Assembly: GCA_016699365.1 (NCBI GenBank)
Contig: CP064973.1
Span: 365,684-429,683, forward strand
DNA from: Candidatus Nomurabacteria bacterium
GTDB taxonomy: Bacteria; Patescibacteriota; Minisyncoccia; Phycocordibacterales; UBA9973
Direction: 5' to 3'
Length of the DNA: 64,000 nt
A program made the position numbers and the translations under genes. The notes beneath the pieces are model-generated. The model did no database searches, was not told the origin of the DNA, and saw nothing but the letters and a program-made list of their open reading frames with translations. Within the stretch, counting starts at the first letter, position 1, and each line of letters begins with the position of its first letter. Positions 48,601-58,488 of the stretch are shown here, piece after piece.

Positions 48601-50034
48601 ATGAAAATTGATTTAAATTCTCTAACAATACAAATTGCGCATGATGCAATAAAAGCGGGCGAGTATTCTGCTCGAGATTTGGCAAATGCGTATTTGGAAC
48701 AAATTGAAAATAAAAACAAAGATCTCAATATATACATTGAAGTTTTTTCTGATGTATTAGAACAAGCTGATAGGGCAGATGAAATGTTCAGGTCAGGTTC
48801 CGCAACTCTACTTACAGGTATTCCGATTGCTCTAAAAGACAATATGCTCATTAGTGGAAAATCTGCAACCTGTGGATCACAAATACTAAGTGGGTATGTT
48901 GCAAGTTACGATTCTACTGTTGCAAAAACTCTAAAAGAAAATGGCGCTGTAATACTTGGGCGTACAAATATGGATGAATTTGCTATGGGAAGTTCTTCAG
49001 AGACTTCTTTTTATGGTGTTCCAAAAAATCCATATGATACTTCTCGTGTACCAGGAGGATCTTCTGGTGGGTCGTCTGCAGCTGTAGCGGCAAACATGGC
49101 ACTGGCAACTCTCGGTTCAGACACAGGAGGTTCTATTCGACAACCCGCAGCATTTTGCGGAGTAGTAGGTCTCAAGCCTACATACAGCACAATCTCCCGC
49201 TATGGAATAATCGCGCTTGCAAGTTCGCTTGATCAGGTTGGTCCATTTACACGAAATGTAGATGATACGAAAATACTTTTTGATACTCTAAGTGTACCAG
49301 ACAAATCAGAGGCTACTTCTATTAGCGCAGAAAATCGTAAAGTTAATTTTGCAAATACAAAAAAAATTGGTATTCCGAGAGACTTTTTGACTGGATTGAA
49401 TCCTGAGGTAGAAAGAAATTTCAATGAATCAATTGAGCATTTAAAATCTCTTGGTTATGAAATTGTTGACGTATCACTACCTCTTATAAAGTATTCACTT
49501 GCTGTGTATTATATTATTCAGCCAGCTGAAGCGTCTTCTAATCTGGCGCGTTTTGATGGAGTACGCTACGGACTTCGTAGTGAAGGAAAAAATCTTGAAG
49601 AAGTTTATTCAAAGACTCGCGGAACTGGATTCGGCAAGGAGACGCGTCGTCGCATCCTGCTTGGAACATATGTACTTTCACATGGATATTATGATGCGTA
49701 TTACAACAAAGCCCTACTGCTTCAAAAAGAAATCACAAATGAATTAAAAAATATTTTTAAAAGCGTGGATTTTATCTTTACACCCACAACAGCAACAGGT
49801 GCATTCAAAATAGGAGAGAAGTCCGACCCTGTTTCTATGTATCTGTCTGATATTTTTACAGTGCCAGCAAACATCGCAGGTACTCCAGCTATATCAGTAC
49901 CTTCAGGATTTACATCCGAAGGATTACCAATTGGTATGCAATTCATGGGAGCGCATTTTAGTGAACAAGAACTTTTTGAAGTCGCGAAAAAGTTTGAAGA
50001 TAAAACTGGCTTTAACAGACCTGTGTTAGAATAG
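48601..50034 (+). CDS. gatA: Glu-tRNA(Gln) amidotransferase subunit A (amidase signature family)
   Basis: Amidase signature GGSSGGSSAAVAA...GSDTGGSIRQPAAFCG. It starts 1 bp after the gatC stop. Confidence 0.9.
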   Translation: MKIDLNSLTIQIAHDAIKAGEYSARDLANAYLEQIENKNKDLNIYIEVFSDVLEQADRADEMFRSGSATLLTGIPIALKDNMLISGKSATCGSQILSGYVASYDSTVAKTLKENGAVILGRTNMDEFAMGSSSETSFYGVPKNPYDTSRVPGGSSGGSSAAVAANMALATLGSDTGGSIRQPAAFCGVVGLKPTYSTISRYGIIALASSLDQVGPFTRNVDDTKILFDTLSVPDKSEATSISAENRKVNFANTKKIGIPRDFLTGLNPEVERNFNESIEHLKSLGYEIVDVSLPLIKYSLAVYYIIQPAEASSNLARFDGVRYGLRSEGKNLEEVYSKTRGTGFGKETRRRILLGTYVLSHGYYDAYYNKALLLQKEITNELKNIFKSVDFIFTPTTATGAFKIGEKSDPVSMYLSDIFTVPANIAGTPAISVPSGFTSEGLPIGMQFMGAHFSEQELFEVAKKFEDKTGFNRPVLE

Positions 50035-50038
50035 TTTT

Positions 50039-50737
50039 ATGGCAGCAGCTCCAAAACCAAAACCAAAAGCCGGAGGAGGAAGTGGAATAGGACCAATACC
50101 TTGGGTTATTATCTCTGTGTTAGGAATATTGGCTGTAATAGTATTTTTGGGCCAAGGTGTGAGAGTAAGTGGTGGCTCTGCTTTTCCAACATATTTAAAT
50201 GTTGAGTATCTTTTCTACAGGATTGTTAAATTACTTGAAATTCTCTGGGATGCTATTGTAAATGGAGGAATATTCAATTTCTTTTCTATTGTATTAGGAA
50301 TCATAGGTGTACTGATGGCTGTTTTGATTGCGTATACATACTTGCGTATAAAAGAAATTGAAGATGCAAAGCATCATGAGCTTGAAAAAGAGGGTGTAGA
50401 GCCAGAACCTGTTGTACAAAAACAAAATGAACGTTGGGAGTCTATAGAGCGACATATGGATACTGAGAGTGAGGCAGAATGGCGCCAAGCAATACTTGAG
50501 GCAGATATAATACTCGATGACATGGTTGCACGTATGGGTTATAAAGGCGAGAATCTTGGTGAGAGATTGAAAAATGTAGAGCCTAGTGATTTCAAAACTT
50601 TGCAAAACGCATGGGAAGCTCACAAAGTTCGCAACCGTATTGCACACGATGGATCAGAATATGTACTTTCACGTCACGAAGCAAAAAGAGTAATCGAACT
50701 GTACAAATCTGTTTTCCAAGAGTTTGAATATATATAA
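50039..50737 (+). CDS. hypothetical membrane protein (2 TM + charged C-terminal domain)
   Basis: Gly-rich N-terminus, two TM helices, then a helical acidic domain. Confidence 0.35.
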   Translation: MAAAPKPKPKAGGGSGIGPIPWVIISVLGILAVIVFLGQGVRVSGGSAFPTYLNVEYLFYRIVKLLEILWDAIVNGGIFNFFSIVLGIIGVLMAVLIAYTYLRIKEIEDAKHHELEKEGVEPEPVVQKQNERWESIERHMDTESEAEWRQAILEADIILDDMVARMGYKGENLGERLKNVEPSDFKTLQNAWEAHKVRNRIAHDGSEYVLSRHEAKRVIELYKSVFQEFEYI

Positions 50738-50740
50738 AAT

Positions 50741-50770
50741 AAAAAGCACCTTAAAGGTGCTTTTTATTTT
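50741..50770. terminator. bidirectional terminator (aaagcacc ttaa aggtgcttt)
   Basis: Perfect hairpin. It lies between the + gene end and the 3' end of the minus-strand tRNA cluster. Confidence 0.6.
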
Positions 50771-50771
50771 G

Positions 50772-50845
50772 CGCGACCGACCGGACTTGAACCGGCAACC
50801 TCCCGCGTGACAGGCGGGTGCTCTAACCAGTTGAGCTACGATCGC
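50772..50845 (-). tRNA. tRNA-Asp (GUC)
   Basis: Minus-strand read GCGATCG TA GCTC AACTGGTTA GAGC A CCCGC CTGTCAC GCGGG ... TTCAAGT ... CGGTCGC G. Confidence 0.8.
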
Positions 50846-50882
50846 ATTTTTATTTTCCGAACACAAATATAAATGTCCGTGT

Positions 50883-50955
50883 GTCGGAGGTGGGGATCGA
50901 ACCCACGACCCCAGGCTTATGAGTCCTGTGCTCTACCGACTGAGCTACCCCGACA
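50883..50955 (-). tRNA. tRNA-Met (CAU), elongator type (G1-C72 paired); Ile2/lysidine type not excluded
   Basis: GTCGGGG TA GCTC AGTCGGTA GAGC A CAGGA CTCATAA GCCTG GGGTC GTGGG TTCGATC CCCAC CTCCGAC A. Confidence 0.7.
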
Positions 50956-50990
50956 TTTTCCAGTTTCAAAGCCTGGATTGTTGCGGGGGG

Positions 50991-51062
50991 ACGATTCGAA
51001 CGTCCGTCTTCAGGTTATGAGCCTGATGAGATAACCACTTCTCTACCCCGCTATATAAAAAA
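50991..51062 (-). tRNA. initiator tRNA-fMet (CAU)
   Basis: AGCGGGG ... TCAGG CTCATAA CCTGA ... GGACG TTCGAAT CGTCC CCCCGCA A. Position 1 and position 72 are both A and cannot pair; an unpaired 1-72 position is the hallmark of an initiator tRNA. The overall sequence is close to bacterial tRNA-fMet. Confidence 0.75.
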
Positions 51063-51170
51063 TTGCCTTTTCTAAGACAAAGGTATTGTACCTAAATAGG
51101 GTATTTTTGCAACCCGCAAGGTGTTTTTAACCTTTATAAACATTATTTTTCTCTGCTATACTAAAATTAC

Positions 51171-52127
51171 ATGAAGCATATAGGACTTATAGCTATAGGG
51201 GGTTTTGCTGGACTACTCATAGTTTCTGCTTTTCCAAATATTTTTCCTAATAATTTTGACAATAGATCACTTACTGGTTTTTCTGCGGGTGCATTGAATT
51301 CTTGGCGAGCACAAGGCGGATTCAAGACTGATTATAATATTGGTTCAAAAAGTACAGACATAAGTTATATTCAAAGTTATTTACAAGGATTATATCCTGA
51401 TATTGTTGTTAAATCGGATGGGGTTTTGGGTAAGATTACCTCATCTACTTTAATCAGATTTCAAGAAGATGAAGAAATTCCTCTCACAGGAGTTGTCGAT
51501 AGCAAGACACGTGAAGCTTTCAATGAGGTTCTCTTGTCTGAGTTATGCCCAAAAGTTTCTGGCGAAGATGTAGATTTACTTTTTGCCATAAACAAGAAAA
51601 ATAAAGTTAGTTCTGAATTTATTCCTAGCAACTTAGTTGTTTTACCAGATTACACTAATCCAAATGGAATTATCTGTTTGAAAGATATTGCAAGTGAGGC
51701 TTATATAAAAATGTTTGATGATGCAAAAAAAGAAAACATAACACTTGGTATTACTTCAGGTTTTAGAAAATATGAAATCCAAGATTATCTTTTCAATCTT
51801 TATACAGAAACTATGGGTCTTGCAGAGGCGTCGCGAGTGAGTGCTCTGCCAGGGCACTCTGAGCATCAGCTTGGTACTACTATGGACTTAACTGGATCAT
51901 CGATCGGTTTTGCATCCACAAGCAAGCTAATGTCTAGTAATATAGAAGGTAATTGGTTAGAGCAAAACGCGTACAAATATGGTTTTGTAATGTCTTATCC
52001 AGAAGACAAGGAAAGTATTACGGGTTATTCATATGAACCATGGCACTACAGATATGTTGGCGTAGAAGTTGCCGAAGCAGTGAAAGATTCAGGATTAACT
52101 TTAGGTGAATATTTACAAATAATTTAA
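51171..52127 (+). CDS. D-alanyl-D-alanine carboxypeptidase, VanY/M15B family, with N-terminal peptidoglycan-binding domain
   Basis: Signal peptide, a PG_binding_1-like segment (LGKITSSTLIRFQEDEEIPLTGVVD), and the M15 motifs SGFRKYEIQ and GHSEHQLGTTMDL. Confidence 0.75.
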   Translation: MKHIGLIAIGGFAGLLIVSAFPNIFPNNFDNRSLTGFSAGALNSWRAQGGFKTDYNIGSKSTDISYIQSYLQGLYPDIVVKSDGVLGKITSSTLIRFQEDEEIPLTGVVDSKTREAFNEVLLSELCPKVSGEDVDLLFAINKKNKVSSEFIPSNLVVLPDYTNPNGIICLKDIASEAYIKMFDDAKKENITLGITSGFRKYEIQDYLFNLYTETMGLAEASRVSALPGHSEHQLGTTMDLTGSSIGFASTSKLMSSNIEGNWLEQNAYKYGFVMSYPEDKESITGYSYEPWHYRYVGVEVAEAVKDSGLTLGEYLQII

Positions 52128-52181
52128 TATTCTAATTGTAAAACGCTTTTATTTTGCTATACTTTTTGCGTTTATACAAAA

Positions 52182-52254
52182 GCCCACGTAGCTCAGTTGG
52201 TAGAGCACGTTCATGGTAAGAACGAGGTCATCGGTTCAATCCCGGTCGTGGGCT
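52182..52254 (+). tRNA. tRNA-Thr (GGU)
   Basis: GCCCACG TA GCTC AGTTGGTA GAGC A CGTTC ATGGTAA GAACG AGGTC ATCGG TTCAATC CCGGT CGTGGGC T. Confidence 0.85.
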
Positions 52255-52285
52255 CAAAAGTCAGTATTTACACTAAACATGTAGT

Positions 52286-52903
52286 GTGGTAGAGTTTAGA
52301 AAATTTACAAATGTGAACGAAGAAAGAAAGTCTACAATTGAGGATCAGATTCTCAATAAATTGTTCACTATAGGAGGGATTATAAAAAACGGAGATTTGC
52401 CTGATCGGGAAAAAGAGAAGATCTTGCATATTTTAGAGCAAGTTACGAAAGGCAATTTTGACCTTGTGTTAAAAGATTCTGCAGACAGGAGAGAGACTAT
52501 TGTCGAAGGGGTTGCAAAACTTCTAGTAGATGAGCCTCATGCTTGTATTGCAGTAATCGGTACAGGGAAAAACAAGCTCCATGTTTTGAAGGCTATAGCA
52601 AAATCTTATGGATTGAGTGATAGAAATATTGAAATCGTAAACGGTTTCGAACATTCACATAACATTCCTGTTGATGAGCTAAGAGGGCACAAATGGAAAG
52701 GTGTTCTACTTGGTCCAGTTCCGCATTCTATTCATGGCGTGGGTGGCCACACAAGTCTTTTTGATTTTGTAAAAGATAGTGTGGGCAAACCAGTCGTTCT
52801 AATGAAGACGAATTCGGACAGTGGCGAGGTCAAGGTCACAAAATCCTCTTTTAAGGTTGGTCTCGAAGATTTGCTTTACAAGATAATCACTTCTACAGTG
52901 TAA
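52286..52903 (+). CDS. hypothetical protein
   Basis: 205-aa ORF, no family recognised. Confidence 0.35.
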   Translation: MVEFRKFTNVNEERKSTIEDQILNKLFTIGGIIKNGDLPDREKEKILHILEQVTKGNFDLVLKDSADRRETIVEGVAKLLVDEPHACIAVIGTGKNKLHVLKAIAKSYGLSDRNIEIVNGFEHSHNIPVDELRGHKWKGVLLGPVPHSIHGVGGHTSLFDFVKDSVGKPVVLMKTNSDSGEVKVTKSSFKVGLEDLLYKIITSTV

Positions 52904-52930
52904 AAACCCCGAATTTCGGGGTTTTAATTT
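52903..52930 (+). terminator. intrinsic terminator (aaaccccgaa ttt cggggttt)
   Basis: Perfect hairpin plus a T-rich tail. Confidence 0.6.
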
Positions 52931-53021
52931 TGCCTATTAAAGCATTTGAACTGTATATGAAATATTTCGAGTTCAATTCTCGGAGGTGGCTCAAAAGGGT
53001 TAATCAAGGTATAATATTTTT

Positions 53022-53702
53022 ATGAAATTTGATCGAAAAATAGTGTCTTTTGAAGAAAAAAAGGATTATCCTGACGATAAAGAGAGAATGGTTTCCGGTA
53101 TTGTTTTAGAGGCAGATAAACAAGAGCAAATGATGCAATTTTTAGAAACTTACGACGGGAGAACTGTCAGTCAATTTGTATATTTTGTTGAGGCAATGTC
53201 ACATGTTGGAGAGTTCCAAATCGACAATAAAAAAATGGTTATGGCAAAAACGTTTGATGGAAATACAGTTAGTTACTTGGACCCCACACAGGCTGTATTG
53301 TGCGGAGAGGCTACTGATCAGGCTAGTTATGAGTACATGTATGATAAATTCTGGAATTTGAAAATGGTTAATTCATTCGGCTCTATAAAAAGAGAAGCTA
53401 CATCCAGAAAAGATGAGATTCGTCGGATATGGTCATTGTGGGATCCGAAATTTAAAGAACTTGAAAATGAAGTATCCGAGGAAAAAATTAAGCTACAGGA
53501 TGAAATGGAAGGAAATGCAAGACGAGAGGGAGTATTGAAGCTTCAAGAATATAAAAAGAGAACCAACGAAGTACTCGAAAAAGAACGAAAAGACAGGATT
53601 GCAGACATATATAAAAAAGCACATGAACAGATAATTCAATATACCAATGATCTTCTTTTAGATCTCAAAAACATACCAGAAAATCTTCCATGGGAGGATT
53701 AA
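53022..53702 (+). CDS. hypothetical Lys/Glu-rich protein
   Basis: 226-aa ORF, no family recognised. Confidence 0.35.
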   Translation: MKFDRKIVSFEEKKDYPDDKERMVSGIVLEADKQEQMMQFLETYDGRTVSQFVYFVEAMSHVGEFQIDNKKMVMAKTFDGNTVSYLDPTQAVLCGEATDQASYEYMYDKFWNLKMVNSFGSIKREATSRKDEIRRIWSLWDPKFKELENEVSEEKIKLQDEMEGNARREGVLKLQEYKKRTNEVLEKERKDRIADIYKKAHEQIIQYTNDLLLDLKNIPENLPWED

Positions 53703-53720
53703 TATTCTGTATTTTCTCTT

Positions 53721-54599
53721 GTGGACAAAGAACAAATCAAAAACCGCATAATAGAAATTGAAATCGCCATGGCAGGGGTGGATTTTTGGTCTGACAAAAA
53801 CAAAGCTCAGGCAATGATCCGAGAAATTGGAGACTTAAAAAACAAACTTGAAGGTGTGGGAGAATTTGACCGAGGGGATTGTATTATGACAATTTTTTCT
53901 GGCGCTGGCGGAGACGATTCCGAAGATTTTACTAGAATGCTTTTTAATATGTATTTAAAATTATTTGCGCGCAAGAATTTTAAATATTCACTACTTTCTC
54001 AAAACGAAAATGATCATGGTGGATTTAGAAATATATCTATCGAAGTGATGGGAAAAAACACCTATGGAACTTTGAAGAACGAATCCGGTGTTCATAGACT
54101 TGTTAGACTCTCACCATTTAATGCAAAGAAATTACGCCAGACATCTTTTTCACTCGTGGAAGTGATTCCAAAAATTCCTGAAGGTGCTTTACCTGAAATA
54201 AGGCCTGACGATATAAAAGTAGAAATGTCCAAGTCCGGTGGTCCTGGGGGACAGAATGTAAACAAACGCGAAACTGCAGTACGTGCCACCCATATACCAA
54301 CTGGCATCAATGTATACGTAACTACTGAAAGATCTCAAGAACAGAATAGAGCTCGTGCAATGGAGATGCTTGCTGGAAAATTATATAAACGCGCAGAAGA
54401 GGATAAGAAAACTCTTGCGGAAAGTCTCCAGATATCGAAGACTACAGATATAGAGTGGGGGAATCAAATCAGGTCATATGTACTCCATCCCTACAAAATG
54501 GTCAAAGATCATCGAACAGATATAGAAACAAGCGATGTGGACGGAGTGCTTTTAGAAGGCCAGTTGGACGATTTTCTAGAAGCAGAGAAAGGTATATAG
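53721..54599 (+). CDS. prfB: peptide chain release factor 2 (GTG start, no programmed frameshift, short N-terminal domain)
   Basis: SPF motif (RLSPFNAKK) and GGQ motif (SGGPGGQNVNK). A continuous ORF from GTG 53721. Confidence 0.85.
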   Translation: MDKEQIKNRIIEIEIAMAGVDFWSDKNKAQAMIREIGDLKNKLEGVGEFDRGDCIMTIFSGAGGDDSEDFTRMLFNMYLKLFARKNFKYSLLSQNENDHGGFRNISIEVMGKNTYGTLKNESGVHRLVRLSPFNAKKLRQTSFSLVEVIPKIPEGALPEIRPDDIKVEMSKSGGPGGQNVNKRETAVRATHIPTGINVYVTTERSQEQNRARAMEMLAGKLYKRAEEDKKTLAESLQISKTTDIEWGNQIRSYVLHPYKMVKDHRTDIETSDVDGVLLEGQLDDFLEAEKGI

Positions 54600-54730
54600 A
54601 TGTTTTAAATATGGTCTAAAAACTGGAATTTTGAAACAAAAAAATATGCTATAATACATTACGTCCAATCTTGTAATTATTTTCATTTTTTTGTTGTAAA
54701 ACAAAAATCTTCCAATTAAAACTTTTTATT

Positions 54731-55414
54731 ATGATAAATTTTAATAACGTTACTAAAATATACCCAGGCGCAGACGAACCATCTCTTGAGGGTATAGACA
54801 TAGCCATCACCCAAGGTGAATTCGTGTCTATTGTGGGCCATTCTGGTGCTGGAAAAACTACTTTAACCAAACTTATATTAGCCGAAGAGCATCCGAGTAC
54901 AGGTACGGTTTTCTTTGAATCTTCAAATATTCATGCACTTAGACCTAGTGATGTAACAAAATTGCGTCGCAAGATAGGTGTTGTCTTCCAAGATTTTAGA
55001 CTACTTCCAAATAAAACTGCATACGAGAATATAGCTTTTGCTATGGAAGCAGCAGGCAAGACAGACGAGGAAATCCAAGCAGACGTCCCACACGTACTAG
55101 AACTTGTAGATTTGTCTAGTAAGATTTTTCATTTTCCATCTCAGATGTCTGGAGGAGAAAAGCAGAGACTAGCTATAGCAAGAGCAATCATAAACCAGCC
55201 AGACGTGATTATTGCTGATGAGCCAACAGGGAACCTTGATCCTATAAATACATACGAAGTTGTGCAGATCCTAAAGAAGATAAATGATCTTGGTACTACT
55301 GTTCTACTTACTACACATAACCGTGGTGTGATAGAATCAATTGGGCGAAGAGTTATAACTTTAGAAAAAGGTCGTATCGTGCGAGATGATAAAGAAGGTA
55401 AATACGTAATATAA
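54731..55414 (+). CDS. ftsE: cell-division ABC ATPase FtsE
   Basis: Walker A GHSGAGKTT, signature LSGGEKQRLAIARA, Walker B VIIADEPTGNLD. Followed by ftsX. Confidence 0.9.
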   Translation: MINFNNVTKIYPGADEPSLEGIDIAITQGEFVSIVGHSGAGKTTLTKLILAEEHPSTGTVFFESSNIHALRPSDVTKLRRKIGVVFQDFRLLPNKTAYENIAFAMEAAGKTDEEIQADVPHVLELVDLSSKIFHFPSQMSGGEKQRLAIARAIINQPDVIIADEPTGNLDPINTYEVVQILKKINDLGTTVLLTTHNRGVIESIGRRVITLEKGRIVRDDKEGKYVI

Positions 55415-55418
55415 AAAT

Positions 55419-56342
55419 ATGTCTTGGATAGATTCAAAAAGAATTATTAGATCAGGTTTCTTGAACTTTTGGCGCAACGGGATTGTTTCTGTAGCTTCTT
55501 TACTTGTTGCTACTATTACTTTGTCTGTTATAACTTCTCTGATACTCCTTCAGGCAGTTTTACATTTTTCTCTTGAGCAGATACAGAACAAGGTAGATGT
55601 AACTATATACATGACGAATAATGCTCCAGAAGATCAAATTCTAGATCTAAAGGCATCTCTAGAAAAACTCCCAGAAGTTACTGCTGTTACTTATACTTCA
55701 AGCGAGCAGGCTTTAGAGAATTTTAAAAATCTACATCAAGATGATTTCCTAACACTTCAGGCTTTAAATGAACTAGATGAAAACCCTCTAGGTGCGTCTT
55801 TGAATGTAAAAGCAGAAGATACTTCTCAATATGAAAGCATAACCAACTTTCTCGAAACTGGACCGGTTTTATCAAACGAGGGGACTTCTATCATAGATAA
55901 GGTAAACTATCATCAAAATAAATTAGTCATAGACAGATTAACTTCCATAATAAATGGCGCTCAAAAACTTGGCTTCATAGTAACTTTGATTTTAGTTCTA
56001 ATCTCAATCGTTATAACTTTCAATACTATTAGACTAACCATATACTTTGCTCGAGAAGAAATTGGAGTAATGCGACTTGTGGGTGCAGAAAATAAATACA
56101 TCAGAGGTCCTTTTATGGTTGAAGGAATACTCTATGGATCGATTGCTTCAGTACTGACACTTATACTTTATATACCTATAACTTTCTGGTTAGGTAGAAA
56201 TATGACAGGATTTTTCGGCATGAATTTGTTTACATATTATTTGAATAATATCTTTCAGGTTTTTATTATAATTCTGTTTTCTGGTGTGATACTTGGAGCA
56301 GTGTCGAGCTTCCTAGCAGTTCGTAAGTATTTAACAAAGTAA
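55419..56342 (+). CDS. ftsX: cell-division permease-like protein FtsX
   Basis: N-terminal TM helix, a periplasmic domain, and three C-terminal TM helices. Position after ftsE. Confidence 0.8.
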   Translation: MSWIDSKRIIRSGFLNFWRNGIVSVASLLVATITLSVITSLILLQAVLHFSLEQIQNKVDVTIYMTNNAPEDQILDLKASLEKLPEVTAVTYTSSEQALENFKNLHQDDFLTLQALNELDENPLGASLNVKAEDTSQYESITNFLETGPVLSNEGTSIIDKVNYHQNKLVIDRLTSIINGAQKLGFIVTLILVLISIVITFNTIRLTIYFAREEIGVMRLVGAENKYIRGPFMVEGILYGSIASVLTLILYIPITFWLGRNMTGFFGMNLFTYYLNNIFQVFIIILFSGVILGAVSSFLAVRKYLTK

Positions 56343-56353
56343 GAATATTTTAT

Positions 56354-58006
56354 ATGAGGAAAAACACAAAATACATTTTTGTGGTGGGCGGTGTTATATC
56401 AGGAGTTGGAAAAGGTATCACCACATCATCAATTGGCAAGATTCTCCAGGATCGAGGATTAGAAGTCACTGCAATAAAGATTGACCCGTACGTAAATGTC
56501 GATGCGGGTACTATGAACCCCACCGAACATGGTGAGGTTTTTGTATTACACGATGGAGATGAGACAGATCAGGATATGGGTAACTATGAGCGCTTCTTGG
56601 ATATTAAGCTCGGTAGAGTCAATTATATGACCACAGGGCGTGTATACAAGAGTGTTATAGACCGTGAGCGCAATCTTGGCTATGGTGGAAAATGTGTGCA
56701 AGTTGTGCCTCATATACCGCTTGAGATAATTGATCGTATTCACAAGGCTAGAGATGAGGCAGGTGCTGATGTTGTAGTCATAGAAGTAGGCGGAACTGTA
56801 GGTGAATACGAAAATATATTGTTTCTAGAAGCTGCTCGTATGATGAAGATAAAGAATCCGAAAGATGTATTTTTTGTGATGGTTTCATATCTGCCTGTGC
56901 CAAGTAAGGTTGGGGAAATGAAAACCAAGCCTACTCAACATGCAGCACGTTTGCTAAACGCTTCTGGTATTCAGCCGGATATAATCATTGCACGTTCTGA
57001 TAAAAAACTTGATGAAAAACGAAAAGAAAAATTATCTTTCTTTTGCAATATCCCAGAAGATAGAGTTATATCAGCACCAGACGTAGAAAGTATTTACGAT
57101 GTTCCTCTAAATTTTGAACGCGAAGGCTTAGGTGACACACTCTGTGACATTATGTCTTTGTCTTGCAGCAAGCCTAACAAAGGTCATTCGAAGGATTGGA
57201 ATAAATTTGTTGGGAATGTACGCAATTCAAAAGACGAGGTCCGTATTGCTATCGTTGGAAAATATTTTGATACGGGAGACTTTACTTTATCTGACTCCTA
57301 TCTGTCTGTTATTGAAGCTTTAAAATATTCTGCTTATGCTTTAAAAAAGAAACCTGTTCTAACATGGCTAAATGCATTTGATTTTGAGAAAAATCCTAAA
57401 AAAGTTTCTGAGCTAAAAAAATATGATGGAGTGCTGGTTCCGGGAGGGTTTGGTGCGCGTGGTATCCCAGGGAAACTCATGGTTATAAAATATGCGCGCG
57501 AGCACAAGATCCCATACTTCGGACTATGTTATGGTATGCAACTTCTAACTATTGAGTACGCTAGAAATATTCTAGGATTGAAAGATGCCACATCTCGCGA
57601 GATTGACCCTAAGTCAAAAAATCTAGTCATAGATCTTATCCCAGAACAAATAGAAAAGCTTTCCAAGATGCAATATGGTAACACTATGCGACTTGGAGAT
57701 TATGTAGCTAAACTAAAGCGGGGGACTTTAGCTTTTGGTGCATACAAATCAGATTCTATAACAGAGCGCCATAGACATAGATATGAAGTAAACCCAGAAT
57801 ATGTAAAAAGATTGGAAGACAAGGGATTGGTTTTTTCTGGTAAATCTCCAGATGGTTCACTTTGTGAAATTGCAGAGTTGCCAAAAAATGTACATCCATT
57901 TTTCTTGGGCGTACAATTTCATCCAGAATTTTTAGCACACCCACTACACCCGCACCCACTATTTACAGCTTTTATAAAAGCTTCAATAGAAAACAAGAAA
58001 AAGTAA
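56354..58006 (+). CDS. pyrG: CTP synthase
   Basis: N-terminus IFVVGGVISGVGKGITTSS and a glutaminase domain with GLCYGMQL and the His/Glu region. Length 550 aa. Confidence 0.95.
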   Translation: MRKNTKYIFVVGGVISGVGKGITTSSIGKILQDRGLEVTAIKIDPYVNVDAGTMNPTEHGEVFVLHDGDETDQDMGNYERFLDIKLGRVNYMTTGRVYKSVIDRERNLGYGGKCVQVVPHIPLEIIDRIHKARDEAGADVVVIEVGGTVGEYENILFLEAARMMKIKNPKDVFFVMVSYLPVPSKVGEMKTKPTQHAARLLNASGIQPDIIIARSDKKLDEKRKEKLSFFCNIPEDRVISAPDVESIYDVPLNFEREGLGDTLCDIMSLSCSKPNKGHSKDWNKFVGNVRNSKDEVRIAIVGKYFDTGDFTLSDSYLSVIEALKYSAYALKKKPVLTWLNAFDFEKNPKKVSELKKYDGVLVPGGFGARGIPGKLMVIKYAREHKIPYFGLCYGMQLLTIEYARNILGLKDATSREIDPKSKNLVIDLIPEQIEKLSKMQYGNTMRLGDYVAKLKRGTLAFGAYKSDSITERHRHRYEVNPEYVKRLEDKGLVFSGKSPDGSLCEIAELPKNVHPFFLGVQFHPEFLAHPLHPHPLFTAFIKASIENKKK

Positions 58007-58007
58007 G

Positions 58008-58415
58008 CTATTTCTTAGCGCACTTATTACATGTCCCAAAAAATTCTAAAGAGTGAGAATGTATTTTTGCAAACTTACTAACCTTGTTTAGTAACTTGGA
58101 CTCGTCTATCATTTTGCAATTATCTATATCTTCTATATCTCCACAGGAGTTGCATATTATATGGTGATGATGCGAGTGAATGTATTCAAAATACATTTTA
58201 TCTTTTCGCATTTCAATTTTGGATATAATATTGTATTTCTTGAATTGTTCGAGAGTTCTGTAGATTGTGGTCAGGTTAATTGAGGGGATTTTAAGGTTTA
58301 TCTCTTCCGCAGAAACAGGTCTTTTTATTTTGTATAAGAAATCAAACACCTCCATCCTTGCAGGTGTTATTTTTAGATTCAAGTCTTTTAGTATTTTTGC
58401 GTAATCTAATGACAT
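58008..58415 (-). CDS. Fur-family metalloregulator (Zur-like)
   Basis: DNA-binding N-domain, a HHHHxxCxxC metal site (SHHHHIICNSCG), and a C-terminal CxxC (CNKC). Divergent from the ZIP transporter gene. Confidence 0.8.
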   Translation of the reverse strand: MSLDYAKILKDLNLKITPARMEVFDFLYKIKRPVSAEEINLKIPSINLTTIYRTLEQFKKYNIISKIEMRKDKMYFEYIHSHHHHIICNSCGDIEDIDNCKMIDESKLLNKVSKFAKIHSHSLEFFGTCNKCAKK

Positions 58416-58432
58416 AATCCAACTGTACCAAA

Positions 58433-58471
58433 AAGATATCTAAATGCAAATGACTTGCATTTAGATATCTT
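58433..58471. promoter_or_regulatory. Fur/Zur-box-like operator: perfect 17-bp inverted repeat aagatatctaaatgcaa-N5-ttgcatttagatatctt
   Basis: Palindrome read directly from the sequence, centred in the 73-bp divergent intergenic region between the Fur-family gene (-) and the ZIP transporter gene (+). Confidence 0.7.
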
Positions 58472-58488
58472 CAATATATAATAATTGT

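Noticed and set aside
50669-50866. ORF 50669-50866(-), 65 aa
   Set aside because: Overlaps tRNA-Asp and the terminator; the translated tRNA sequence (AQLVRAPACHAGG) is the classic false ORF.
53640-53760. Programmed +1 frameshift in prfB
   Set aside because: No CUU UGA C-type site. The ORF is continuous from a GTG start located downstream of where the frameshift site would be. It is simply a short-N-terminus RF2.
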